Assembly: GCA_030390025.1 (NCBI GenBank)
Contig: CM059432.1
Coordinates: forward strand, 63,242,001 to 63,306,000
Direction of reading: 5' to 3'
Length of the DNA stretch: 64,000 bases
From: Squalus acanthias
Taxonomy: Eukaryota
The stretch's first letter is position 1, and each line of letters starts with the position of its first letter. Under the pieces are notes generated by a model, which was not told where the DNA came from, did no database searches, and worked only from the letters and a program-made list of their open reading frames with translations. Position numbers and translations under genes: made by a program. Below, piece by piece: positions 38,326 through 50,442 of this stretch.

Positions 38326-40500
38326 CAAAGCAGAAAGTGTTCTATTCCTCAGTACCTCACCTCACCACAAAATTCACCCAATTTTTAAAAAACTAGGAAC
38401 ACAACCATCACTTGAAAAGTGACAAAGTTAAATTTTATGCAATCGCATCCCTCTTGAAATCTAGCAGAAGCGAACTTGCAGTCTTATGTTTGGAGTCTTT
38501 TGAAAGTTATACACCCTGGGCTTATTAGTGTGGACCTTCAATACATTCCAGAACTACAAGCAACTTGTTATAATAAACTGGAGTCAACAAAAATATGGAG
38601 TCCAGAGCTCCAACAGATGACTAGTCAACTGACTGTCCCTGTATCTGGGTGAAGAAACACATTATAATCTCTGTGATAATCAACTCAAAAAAATATACTT
38701 GACACAATGCTGCATGTTATTTCACTTTTATTGTGAGCCTGTCTCCACAGCAGCTCGATCCATTAAAAAAATGTGCATGCACATTTTTTTAAAGTCAAAA
38801 ACACTGACAATTTTCAAGAAGTAGATACCTTCCTCACTGGTTTAGGGAGCAAGCAACAACACCAAAATTGCTTCCTTGACATTTACAGGATACAGGTGAG
38901 CGCATTAGCCAATCAGCCCATCTAGCAAGTGGCTAAAAACGTGTGACTGCTTTCCATCTCCAACTACAGTTTGCTTTGCATCTATGCTGCCATGTGGGTC
39001 AAAGCCCCCTTTTTGATGGTCTACAAACTCAAGAGCACCACCTTATTTACATTGCTAGCTTGGCTCTGACTATGGAGATGCTATTGGCATTGAAATGGTA
39101 GTGTAAATGTGCTATCAAATGATATTTAGTGCTCATGAAATTGAGCATTTTGAACACTGCTTGGCTCAATGCGCCTTTTAAAATAGACAACCAATAAGTA
39201 AAGAGCAGAAATATAACTTAAATCTCATCACACAGGTGTCAGACCTGGCAGCTTTTGAAAAGGGATCTCAGTGAGATGATTAGGTAAGGGCTATGACTTT
39301 TCACCACCCAACAAATTTACCAGTTTGAGGGTGAGAAACTTGGGTCTGAAACTAGTGTCTTAAACTTAAATAAAGGCAATTACAAGGGTATGAAGACAGA
39401 GTTGGCTAAAGTGACTGGGAACATAGATTAAATGGTAAGGCGGTAGATAAGCAGTGGCAGACTTTTAAGAGATATTTCAGAACTCTCAACAAAGATATAT
39501 TGCAGTGAGAAAGAAAGACTCTACGAGAAGGGTGAACCATCCGTGGCTTACTAAGGAAGTTAAGGAGGGTATCAAATTGAAAGAAAAGGCATACAATGTT
39601 GTGAAAATTAGTGATAGGCCAGAAGATTGGGAAACTTTTAGAAAGTTGCAAAGGATAACTAAAAAAAATAAAGAGGGAGAAAATAGATTAAGAGAGTAAA
39701 CTAGCAAGAAATAGAAAAACAGACAGCAAGAGCTTCTACAAGTATATAAAAAGGAAGAGAATAGCTAAAGTAAACATTGGTCCCTTAGAGGATGAGACTG
39801 GGGAATTAATAATGGAAAAAAAGAAATAGCAGAAACTTTGAACAAATATTTTGTATCTGTCTTCACGGTGGAAGACACTAAAAGCATCCCAATAATAGTG
39901 GAAAATCAAGTGACAAAAAGGAGGGAGGAACTTAAAACAATCATTATCACTAGAGAAAAAGTACTAGGCAAACTAATGGGACTAAAGGCTGACAAGTCCC
40001 CTGGATCTGATGGCCTGCATCCTAGGGTTTTAAAAGAAGTGGCTGCAGAGATAGTGGATGCTTGTAATGGTTGTAATCTTTCAAAATTCCCTAGACTCTG
40101 GAAAGGTCCCAGCGGATTGGAAAACCGCAAATGTAACGCCCATATTCAAGAAAGGAGGAAGACAGAAAGCAGCAAACTATAGGCCAGTTAGCCTAACATC
40201 TGTCATTGGGAAAATGCTGGAATCCATTATTAAAGAAGTAGTAGCAGGACATTTAGAAAATCATAATACAATCAAGCAGAGTCAACATGGTTTTATGAAA
40301 GGGAAATCGTGTTTGACAAATTTATTAGAGTTCTTTGAGGATGTAACGAGCAGGGTGGATAAAGGGGAACCAGTAGATGGATTTCCAAAAGGAATTCGAT
40401 AAAGTGCCACATAAAAGGTCACTGCACAAGATAAAAGCTCATGGTGTTGGGGGTAATATATTAGCATGGATAGAGGATTAGCTAACTAACAGAAAGCAGA

Positions 40501-41330
40501 GGGCTGGATTTTCTCAATGGGGGCGCGTTGGGGGCGGGACTGCTGGTTGTCGGGTTTCAGTCCCGCCCCCAACGACGTCCAGCCAATCCACGCTATTTTC
40601 CCTTGATTGACCTTGTTATGCCTGCACTGCGGGCTTAGCTGGCCAATTAAGGGAAAGCGTCAGTGTATGACGTTTCATCTGTCGAAAATTTTTGACAGAT
40701 GAATTGTTAGCGTTTGACAGCTTTGAGAAGCTGTCAAACGCTGACAATCTCTGTTCTAAGGTGAGCCCTTGCACAAAGTCTCACCAAAACCTCTTTCCTC
40801 AGCAGAAATCAGATGGCTGCTGCATCTGAGAATGCAGCAGCCATTCTGTCATCTCTGCCGTTGAGATGAGGCACCTCCAGATCCCCAAGGGTTGAAGCCT
40901 GTAGAAAGAAACAAAGGTAAGTAAACTTTTTCTAACACTTTACACTCACCTCTCATACTTACCTCTCCACACTTGCACCCATCACTCACCTCCACAGCGC
41001 ACTTTTCGATCCCTCTCACCCCCGCAGACCCACTGCTCGCCTCGTTGACCCTGACGAGGTTCGCAGATGTCGGGAAGCCTGCACTTGCAGGGGTAAAATG
41101 AGGATAAGCCTCTTAACTGCCTGTTAACTAACTGTTAACAGGCAGTTAATTGGCTCTAATCCCTTCCTGCCATGAGGAGACGAGTCCCTGCGCAAGTCAG
41201 GGACCCGCCTCCCGGGAAGATGGCACGGAGGCGGGTTGGGAGCGGGTACGGTACCCACTCCCAGTTTCTGCCATTTTCCCGGCAGTTCCGCCTCCATACC
41301 CGTCTCCCCAAGGCTGGCAAAATTCCCCCC
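40501..41330 (+). mobile_element. Harbinger-type MITE in CR1
   Basis: GGGCTGGATTTT / AAAATTCCCCCC ends with TSD AGA. Removal restores CR1 AGAAAGCAGAGAGTCGGGATAAA. Confidence 0.88.
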
Positions 41331-41521
41331 AGAGAGTCGGGATAAAAGGATAATTTTCAGGTTGGCAAACTGTAACTAGTAGGGTGCCACAGGGATCAGT
41401 GCTGGGACCTCAACTACTACAATCTATATTAATGACTTGGATGAAGGGACCGAGTGTACTGTAGTCAAATTTGCTGATAATGCAAAGATAGGTGGGAAAG
41501 CAAGTTGTGAGGAGGACACAA

Positions 41522-41745
41522 GGCTGCGAATTTAATAGAGAAGGTGGGTTGGAGTTGGGTTGCCTGATGGGCAGGGTTCCGGTCCCGCTTCCGGTTTCAG
41601 GTGCTCCCGATTTGCAAATTTTATTTAAGTGGCCGGCCCAATGAGTGGGAGCGTGTCTGTTGATCTCCACTGATGATGTCATTGCTGCAGTTGTTTTTAA
41701 GGGACCCATGTAACCTCAGCCTCTCATTTCTCCTTTCTGCTGCAG
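41522..41745 (+). mobile_element. Single-ended Harbinger fragment at a CR1 deletion breakpoint
   Basis: Begins GGCTGCGAATTT and contains TTAAGGGACC. The CR1 jumps here from the FADD region to the end of ORF2. Confidence 0.55.
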
Positions 41746-42129
41746 TTTGTGGAGGCTGAGTCATTGAATATATTCAAGGCTGAGATGGACAGATATTTGA
41801 ACTACAGGGGAGTCAAGGGTTATGGGGAACAGGCAGAAAAGTGGAGTTGAGGCCAAGATCAGATCAGCCATGATCTTATTGAATGGTGGAGCAGGCTCGA
41901 GGGGCCGAATGGCCTACTCCTGTTCCTATTTCTTATGTTCTTATGTAAAGCTCTATGGAATTGAATTTTAATGGAGGTTCTCCCGAAAGTGCACCATTAC
42001 TTTGGTGGAAGATGCGCGGAAACCCTGGAGAAATGATATAAATGCGCAAATTAGTGGCGCACATGTTTTAGTAGTATTGTCTAAATTTCATACTTTCTTT
42101 TCCAATTTTCTCCCAGTGTCCCATCGCTC

Positions 42130-42456
42130 ATGAAGACACTAGCTCATAATAGTGTACAGACTCACAAGTCCTAGCCATGCTCAAGTATCTGACTCAAATG
42201 GCCACTCATCTTGTGTGTGCCCAGGCAGTGAGTGTAGGCAGGCTTTTTGTCCACACAGGTGTACTTTCCAGCAAGAGGCCCTGGACGGCAATCAAGAGGC
42301 TTGGCTGATTTTTTTCTTTTTCAGCCCAGTGATGCTGAGGTTAATTGTATCTGCCTAAATTGAGATTAGTTGACTCAATACAGACCAGGGAATACTTTTT
42401 TGATCTGTATGACTAGGCATCATATCACATGATGCATTCACCCACTGAGTCATCAA
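42130..42456 (-). mobile_element. Old tRNA-derived SINE
   Basis: Minus strand begins GATGACTCAGTGGGTGAATGCA (A-box like)...CATACAGATC...CCCTGGTCTGT; diverged. Confidence 0.4.
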
Positions 42457-42467
42457 TGAAAGAGCAT

Positions 42468-43784
42468 GGTCACAAAAATTTCAAGAAAAAACCCCACCAA
42501 TTTTTGGGTGGACTTCGATTTAGGCAGCCAACACTCCCACCGGAAACATGCAGGGGCCTAATGAATATATTTAAATAGGGGTCAGATGACATAATTTTCA
42601 TGTCAATCAATGTTGCCAGGCTACTACCTCAACCCACCCATAAATCATGAGTGGCATAGGTCAGGTGGCAGCCATTTACAACCTTACTTAAAAAGGGATC
42701 CTCACCTGCTCTCATTTAAAACACTGCAAGGGTTTGGAATACATTTGCTAGTAGTTTATAGTGGTTTTTGACTAGTTACTTGAGTGTAAAGTGCTTGTAG
42801 CAGCTGGCTCGAGGAAGTAGAGCAGCAGCAACAGGTGGGAGAAGCACATGAATCTGCAGCTGCAGGAAGAGCAGCTGGAAGGAGGCAAGCGCACAGGAAT
42901 CCTTCCCTTCCCAACTGAGTCTGTAAGCCTAGGACAACACACCTGCATTTCTCTAAGGAGCAGTGCATAAGGAAGCTGCACCTCTCCAGGGAGGCTGTAC
43001 AGAGATGTGCCAGTTCCTGCAACAAGACTTGCAAACCACTGCCACAACAGGCACTGCATTGCCTCTTGCAGTTAAAGACAAGACAGTCCTAAACGGCTTT
43101 GCCTGGCTCCTTCCCAGCTGAAAACGGGAGATATCAGCAACAGCAGCAGTTCCTGCTTCCATTAAACAGGTGATTGATGGCATGTTTGTTAGATGCAAAC
43201 ACTTTCATTACTTACCCATAGAAAACCAAAAACAGCTGGATAGGGCTCTGGGTTTACAGGCTTCCCACAAGTCCAGAGGCTCATTGACTGTACCCACATC
43301 ACCCTACAAGCTCCTTCAGACAAACATTTACATGAATGACAAGGGTTTCCACTCCATTAATGTGTAATTGGTGCCTGATCACCAGCAGTGTATCATGCAG
43401 GTCTGTGACCACTTTCCTGGCAGCTCCCATGCTGCATTTATGTTGCGCCAATCCTCCATCCTGGCAATAAGTTCTTTGTGAAAGTGCACAACCCATGGCA
43501 GCATCTAAATATCAGTGTGCCCTGGCCATCGTCAATCTGCCAGCTGTCCACTCACCACCACTAAAAACTCCACCTTCCCTTTAAGAACTGCAGGCTGGCT
43601 TTAAGAAGCAACAGGCCTGCCAGCTATCTGGCCCTCCCAAATGGCGAGCAGTGCAATTAGTGCTGGCAGCTCATCTCCTGTATTTAAATTATGCAAATTG
43701 ATTGGGCCCCCTGCCAACATCATTGGGCGGGTGGAGTGGACATTACTGCTCATCTAATCTGCGCCACAAATGAAAATTAGACCC
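42468..43784 (+). mobile_element. Harbinger derivative with decayed transposase
   Basis: TSD CAT. Internal KGFHSINV*LVPDH..FPGSSHAAFMLRQ and TALPLAVK match the transposase; right end AAAATTAGACCC. Confidence 0.78.
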
Positions 43785-46256
43785 CATGCATTTTTGAGGA
43801 ACTAACCAAGATCTGGTAAGAATTATATATTTGAAGTAAAGTTTTACAGAATGGAATAATTTTCATACTTCAAGTGGATCCTCCTGTGCTTAAGGTAATA
43901 AGGTGCATAGAAAGCGAAATAATGGTGGGTAAGCCAAAGGTTTTCAAGATTGAGTTGAGCCTGAGCTGAGTGAGGGGTCTGGCTTGGCTCTTACAGCCAA
44001 AATGCCAGAGGAGCCAAATTAAACACACAATAAATAAAACAAACTCTGGCAATGATGTTGATTGTGATTGGACCATCCATGGAAGAACATGTGATCATAT
44101 TTAATGGTTGTGCATTTTCACAAAGAACTTGGTTGCCAGGAAATCAAAAACGCACAAGTCAAATCAGGCAGTGAACATTCAAAAACATGTTGGGATAGAT
44201 AGCAAAAGTACACTGATCATATTGTAGGAAAGGACATGGCAACAACTGCTGCACACAGTGATCTGCTGGCTCCCTTAAACTCTGGCTCAGTATTTGCTTC
44301 TATCTCAAGCTGGGCCCAAGCCAGATAACTAACTAACTTGAGCTTCCTTTGACTTGGCCAGGCAAAGTCTTAAATGAATTTTCTTTTACAGTTTTCAATA
44401 CACAGATATAACTCTCATATAACTTCTTAAGAAAATATTGTTCTCTATGTCAGAATAGTGAATGCTATAAAAGTGACTGTATGATAAAGTACAGAATTTA
44501 CAAATTAATAAAAACATTCTTTAAAAACTGGATGATGAATTAAAACTCATTTTAATTTATTATGGAGACACTACAATAGAGACTGAAGGTAATCATTTTA
44601 ATAAAGTTGTACTGGCACATATTATATTAATTTCAAGCACTACATTAGTATCCTTTGCTTTTATTCATGTTTATCTAGGTACTGTGCCAGTATAGTTACA
44701 ATGACACTTTGAGATCGGGCGAGATGTGTTGGAAGTTATTAAAAGTTGGAGTGTAAATATTCACTGCAATTTTCATCACGAATCATAAACCATTGCTGAT
44801 GAGATGAAATATAGGTGCACTTTACAAATAATGTGAACATTAATCAATCCAAATTTGTAAAACAACTAACAAGTGAGGTTGTAAAACTGAATAAAATGTT
44901 GTTTTATGTGTAACTAGTGAGACTTGAGAGGACCTGAGTAAAAGTTTCAGGTTGTGACTGGTGGCTGGAGATCGATGTTTTGTGGCAGTGGCTAAGTGCA
45001 GACCAGTAGGTCCAGGCTCAAGAATTGATTCAAACTCAGTTTGAACTAGTTTGAGCAGCCTGGATTAAAACTTTGCTTTTTTTCAATGCATGCTCATTTA
45101 TTTATTTTTTGTGGCAGGTTTGTTTTGCTAACCTAGACAGACAGCCATGGTTTCTGCTGTGAAAGCTGGTAAAAATGTGATAAAATGATTATGTGGGTCC
45201 GCTTGTGATATTCATGATCTCATGCAATCTAGAATGTGATTTGAGGTTCAGTTTGATTGAGTTAACATTACATTTACTGGCATCTGTGGAATAATGGCCA
45301 TTCAAAATGTAATGCAATGCTAAGTAAATGGAAAGCATCTTGTAACATAATTAACATAGATTAACACTGTTTACGATTCTAACAGATTATGTTGACTTGA
45401 ATGGAGGCAACAGAAAAGATATTTGAAACAAAAAAAGGTTGGGTAACTACAGATCTTATACTTTACTTTTTACTAAAGCCCTGTTTAGATGGAATCATAT
45501 GGGTGGACTGAATGGAATGACCTCATTCATACTGCTGACCCGTTAGGGGCTGTAATCACTTTTTATGAGTAAATGTGCTTGAGGCACATGTCAGATATTT
45601 TATGCATGTATATGTCAGACACTGATTGTATGTACATCCAAAAACATTTATTTTTTTATGAACAAGTATACAGTCTGCTGTTCATTCAAAATCATTTTTG
45701 TTAAATAAAAAATGGAATTATCCAGCAATTCAAATTAAGTAATTTAAATAACATAGCACTGGAGACATTTTCTTAATTCAAATGAAGCAACCTTGCAGTA
45801 TAGAATCATGGAATCATAGAATGGTTACAGCACAGAAGAAGGCCATTCAGCCTGTCGAGCCCGTGCCGACTCTCAGCCAGTCCCACTCCCCCGCCCTTTC
45901 CCTGTAGCCCTGCAATTTTTTTCCTTCAGATACTTATCCAACTCCCTTTTGAAAGATAAGACTGAGTCTGCCTCCACCACCCTTTCAGGCAGTGCATTCC
46001 AGATCTTAACCACTTGCTCCATAAATTTTTTTTTTCTTACGTCGCCTTTTGGTTCTTTTGCCAATCACCTTAAATCTGTGTCCTCTGGTTCTCGACCCTT
46101 CTGCCAATGGGAACAGTTTCTCTCCATCTACCCTGTCCAGACCCCTCATGATTTTGAACACCTCTATCAAATCTCCTTTCAATCTTCTCTGCTCCAGCTA
46201 ACGTAGTACCATTATTCAAGAAGGGTAGTAGGGATAAACCAGGGAATTACAGGCCA

Positions 46257-47558
46257 GTGAGCCTAACATCAGTGGTAGGGAAATTATTGGAAAAAATTCT
46301 GAGGGACAGAATTAGTCTCCACTTGGAGAGGCAGGGGTTAATCAAGGATAGTCAGCATGGCTTTGTCAGGGGGAGATCATGTCTGACCAATTTGATTGAA
46401 TTTTTCGAGGGGGTGACTAGGTGTGTGGATGAGGGTAGTGCAGTTGATGTGGTCTACATGGACTTCAGTAAGGCTTTTGACAAAGTCCCGCATGGGAGAC
46501 TGGTCAAGAAGGTAAGAGCCCATGGGATCCAGGGCAACTTGGCACATTGGATCCAAAATTGGCTTAGTGGCAGGAGGCAGAGGGTGATGGTCAAAGGTTG
46601 TTTTTGTGACTGGAAGCCTGTGTCCAGTGGTGTACCGCAGGGATCGGTGCTGGGACCTTTGCTGTTTGTAGTGTACATTAATGATTTAGATATGAATGTA
46701 GGAGGTATGATCAGTAAGTTTGCAGATGACACGAAAATTGGTGGGGTGGTAAATAGCGAGGAGGGAAGCCTCAGGCTACTGAACGATATAGACGGGTTGG
46801 TCAGATGGGTAGAACAATGGCAAATGGAATTTAACCCTGAAAAGTGTGAGGTGATGCATTTTGGGAGGACTAACAAGGCAAGGGAATACACAATGAATGG
46901 TGGGACCCTAGGAAGGACAAAGGATCAGAGGGACCTTGGTGTGCATGTACATAGATCCCTGAAGGCAGCAGGACAGGTAGATAAGGTGGTTAAAAAGGCA
47001 TATGGGATACTTGCCTTCATTAGCCGAGGCATAGAATATAAGAGCAGGGAGGTTATGATGGAGCTGTACAAAATGCTAGTTAGGCCACAGCTGGAATACT
47101 GTGTGCAGTTCTGGTCGCCACACTATAGGAAGGATGTGATTGCATTGGAGAGGGTGCAGAGGAGATTCACCAGGATGTTACCTGGGCTGGAGCGCTTCAG
47201 CTATGAAGAGAGACTGGACAGGCTGGGGTTGTTTTCCTTAGAGCAGAGAAGGCTGAGGGGGGACCTGATTGAGGTGTACAAAATTATGAGGGGCATAGAT
47301 AGGGTAGATAGAAAGGAACTTTTCCCCTTAGTAGAGGGGTCAATAACCAGGGGGCATAGTTTCAAGGTAAGGGGCAGGAGGTTTAGAGGGGATTTGAGGA
47401 AAAACTTTTTCACCCAGAGGGTGGTTGGAATCTGGAACTCACTGCCTGAAAGGGTGGTGGAGGCAGGAACCCTCACAACATTCAAGATGCATTTAGATGA
47501 GCACTTGAAACGCCATAGCATACAAGGCTACGGACCAAGTGCTGGAAAATGGGATTAG
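46257..47558 (+). CDS. CR1 ORF2 RT domain and C-terminus, uninterrupted 433 codons (5'-truncated young copy)
   Basis: [26 protein letters not shown] and RPQLEYC with no stops, followed by a 3' UTR and a (GACTCTAT)n tail. Confidence 0.9.
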   Translation: MSLTSVVGKLLEKILRDRISLHLERQGLIKDSQHGFVRGRSCLTNLIEFFEGVTRCVDEGSAVDVVYMDFSKAFDKVPHGRLVKKVRAHGIQGNLAHWIQNWLSGRRQRVMVKGCFCDWKPVSSGVPQGSVLGPLLFVVYINDLDMNVGGMISKFADDTKIGGVVNSEEGSLRLLNDIDGLVRWVEQWQMEFNPEKCEVMHFGRTNKAREYTMNGGTLGRTKDQRDLGVHVHRSLKAAGQVDKVVKKAYGILAFISRGIEYKSREVMMELYKMLVRPQLEYCVQFWSPHYRKDVIALERVQRRFTRMLPGLERFSYEERLDRLGLFSLEQRRLRGDLIEVYKIMRGIDRVDRKELFPLVEGSITRGHSFKVRGRRFRGDLRKNFFTQRVVGIWNSLPERVVEAGTLTTFKMHLDEHLKRHSIQGYGPSAGKWD

Positions 47559-47630
47559 AATAGACAGGGCTTGATGGCCGGCATGGACATGATGGGCCGA
47601 AGGGCCTCTTTCTGTGTTGTATAACTCTAT

Positions 47631-48523
47631 GGGGGAAAAATTCAGTTGGTTGCGCCTCCCGTTAGCGCCTTAAGAGGGCGCTAATGGGGCGCAAAGCAGC
47701 TAGCGCCCGGGCGCGGCGAAGTTTGCGCCGCTCGCGAAATTAACTAGACATTTTGCGGCGGCGCTAAACACTACTGCCACGATCTCCTGCGCCGGCCGAT
47801 CATGACGTCACTCGAGTGCGCAACGCCCCGGTATCGCCCCGGAGCGGATATTGAGTGGCGCCCCCTGCCTTACCGCCTGACGCTAGCAACGACAGGTTGA
47901 GGGGAGCGTTCTGCAGTCATGAAGGGAAAGGGGGAGCGCTATTTAAAGGTGACCGCTTCCTGCCTTTTATTGTTGGTGCCATTTTTGAACTACGCATTCT
48001 GAGAGAGAGAGGGAGAGACTTCTGGAGAGATTCAATGTTGTGTGAAGGAGTTTTGGATACTGAGCAGCACTTTGCAGGTTCATTTTGATTTGCCATTCCT
48101 TGTATCGATTTAGAAGAGACTGTGGGGGCTGCACTCTGAGCACTTTGCCTGATACTCTCCATTGTTCTTTCCAGCACATTTGATGTGCAGGTCTCTCCAG
48201 GCCGAGATTCAAGGCTGCAATGAGCAGGATGTGGATGGAAAGCAAGATTAACCATCCCCTTTAAGAACTGGCCCGTGCCATTGTGTGTGTGTTCCATTGC
48301 TGACAGACATTACATGAGCTTCGCCAGCGCTCTGAGGTAGCGCCTCGCTCCTCGGCCTTTGCGCCTTAAGACAGGTGTGAAGCGCCTGATTTAGCGCTGC
48401 AATCACCTCCAGGGGCAATAAAAGTGAAGTTTGCAGTCGGTGGCGATAATTAGCGCCAGGCGCTAATCTTTGCGCCCGGCCGATATTTGCGCCCCAAACA
48501 GGGCGCGACTGAATTTTTCCCCC
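47631..48523 (+). mobile_element. Harbinger-type MITE, copy 1
   Basis: TIR GGGGGAAAAATTCAGT / ACTGAATTTTTCCCCC with TSD TAT; many subterminal GCGCC/GGCGC repeats. Confidence 0.92.
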
Positions 48524-48534
48524 TATGACTCTAT

Positions 48535-49424
48535 GGGGGAAAAATTCAGTTGGTTTGCGCCTCCCGTTAGCGCCTTAAGAGGGCGCTAATGGGGCGCAAA
48601 GCAACTAGCGCCCGTGGGCGGTGATGTTTGCGCCGTTCACAAAATTAACTAGACATTTTGCGGCGGCGCTAAACACTACCGCCACGATCTCCTGCGCCGG
48701 CAGATCGTGATGTCAGTCGAGTGTGCAATGCCCTGGTAGCGCCCCGGACCGGATATTGAGTGGCGCCCCCTGCCTTACCGCCTGCCGCTAGCAACGACAG
48801 GTTGAGGGGAGTGTTTTGCAGTCAGGAAGGGACTGGGGGAGCGCTATTTAAAGGCGACCACTTCCTACCTTTTTTTGTTGGTGACATTTTTGCAGCACGC
48901 ATTCTGAGAGAGAGAGAGACTTCTGGAGAGATTCAACGCTGTGTGAAGGAGTTTTGGGTACTGAGCAGCACTTTGTAGGTTCATTTTGATTTGGCATTCC
49001 TTGTATCGATTTAGAAGAGACTGTGGTGGCTGCACTCTGAGCTCTTTCCCATGGCCTCTCCATTGTTCTTTCCAGCAGATTTGATGTACAGGTCTCTCCA
49101 GGCCGAGATTCAAGGCTGCAATGAGCAGGATGTGGATGGAGAGCAAGATCAACCCTCCCCTTTAAGAACTGGCCGGCGCCATTGTGTCTGTGTTCCATTG
49201 CTGACTGACATCACATGAGCTTCGCCAGCGCTCTGAGATAGCGCCTCGCTCCTCGGCCTTTGCGCCTTAAGACAGGTGTGCAGCACCTGATTTAGCTCTC
49301 CAATTACCTCCAGGGGCGATAAAAGCCAAGTTTGCAGTCGGAGGCGATAATTAGCGCCAGGCGCTAATCTTTGCGCCCGGCCGACAATTGCGCCCCAAAT
49401 GGGGCGATACTGAATTTCTCCCCC
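48535..49424 (+). mobile_element. Harbinger-type MITE, copy 2
   Basis: Same TIR (one mismatch) and TSD TAT; colinear with copy 1 but with many substitutions. Confidence 0.92.
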
Positions 49425-50365
49425 TATGACTCTAACAACCCCAGCTTCTCCAGTCTATCAACGTAACTGAAGACGCTCATTCCTGGAATCATTCTCGTAA
49501 ATCTTTTCTGCACCCTCTCTAAGGCCTTCACATCCTTCCTAAAGTGTGGTGCCCAGTTGGGGCCGAACCAGTGTTTTATACAGGTTCATCATAAATTCCA
49601 CACTTTTGTACTCTATACCTCTATTTATGAAGCCCAGGATCCCGTAAGCTTTTTTAACTGCTTTCTCAACCTGCCCTGCCACCTACAACGATTTATGCAC
49701 ACATACCCCCAGGTCTCTCTGTTCCTGCACCCCCTTAAGAGGAGTAAACTGTATAGGTGTGCATATTGGAATGCTACTTGCATGGATTTGTTACATGCTA
49801 AATGCCAGGCACAATGGATGTATAGAAGAATGGATTGTGTTTGGTGGGACAAGATAGATGCAGTAGTTTTAATGGAGTGGGTGCTGTGGTCAGCAAATCC
49901 AGTGACATGGTACATTGCGCTTTCTCCAAACTAGTCCTGCATTAAACCAGTCTTAGACGTGAGTTTTCCTTATACCAGCATGTTTTGCAATGCAGAAATT
50001 GTGGAGTTTCAACTGATGATTAGAGATTGGTATCAAGCAAACTTTATGTTTACTCGGACAGCCAGTGCAAAACTGGATTTAAAATAGGAGGCTAGCTTAT
50101 TTTCATAAAGTTTATATTTGCACATGCTTTGCTTGAAATTGAGTTTCTGATTTTATGTGATTGACTCTCTAATAGTACAGAATGTTACATTTTTACTGGC
50201 ATTTAGGTGACAAAGCTTTCCAGGCTTTTATGCTTTCAATTTGGGTACCAGCAATTCTAAGGTTGGTATTGCACATAAGAATGACATTGTTTAAAGTTGC
50301 TGTTCTGTAGAGAGAGAGAGTTAATACAATAGCTGTAATAAATGTTGCAGCGATTATATTTCTTA

Positions 50366-50442
50366 TGAATGAATGAATGAACTTGCATTTATATAGTGCC
50401 TTTCATGACCTCAGGACATCCCAAAGCGCTTTCTAGCCAATG
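50366..50442 (-). mobile_element. Deu-SINE/L2 3' tail fragment
   Basis: Reverse complement of TCATTGGCT..AAAGCGCTTTGGGATGTCCTGAGGTCATGAAAGGCACTATATAAATGCAAGT(TCAT)n. Confidence 0.75.

Larger units (their letters stand above)
39323..41946 (+). mobile_element. CR1 LINE, 5'-truncated, with a MITE insertion and an internal deletion
   Basis: ORF2 pieces 39505-40402; CR1 3' UTR and (TTCTTATG)n tail at 41750-41946. Confidence 0.9.
45800..49736 (-). mobile_element. CR1 3' fragment interrupted by an opposite-strand CR1 (46200-49434)
   Basis: CR1 tail at 45800. ...AATCTTCTCTGCTCCA (46196) resumes at AACAACCCCAGCTTCTCC (49435). Confidence 0.85.

Noticed and set aside
47631..49424. Repeated GGCGC/GCGCC units as a CRISPR-like array or host CpG island
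   Set aside because: They are irregularly spaced subterminal motifs inside two TIR/TSD-bounded MITEs.
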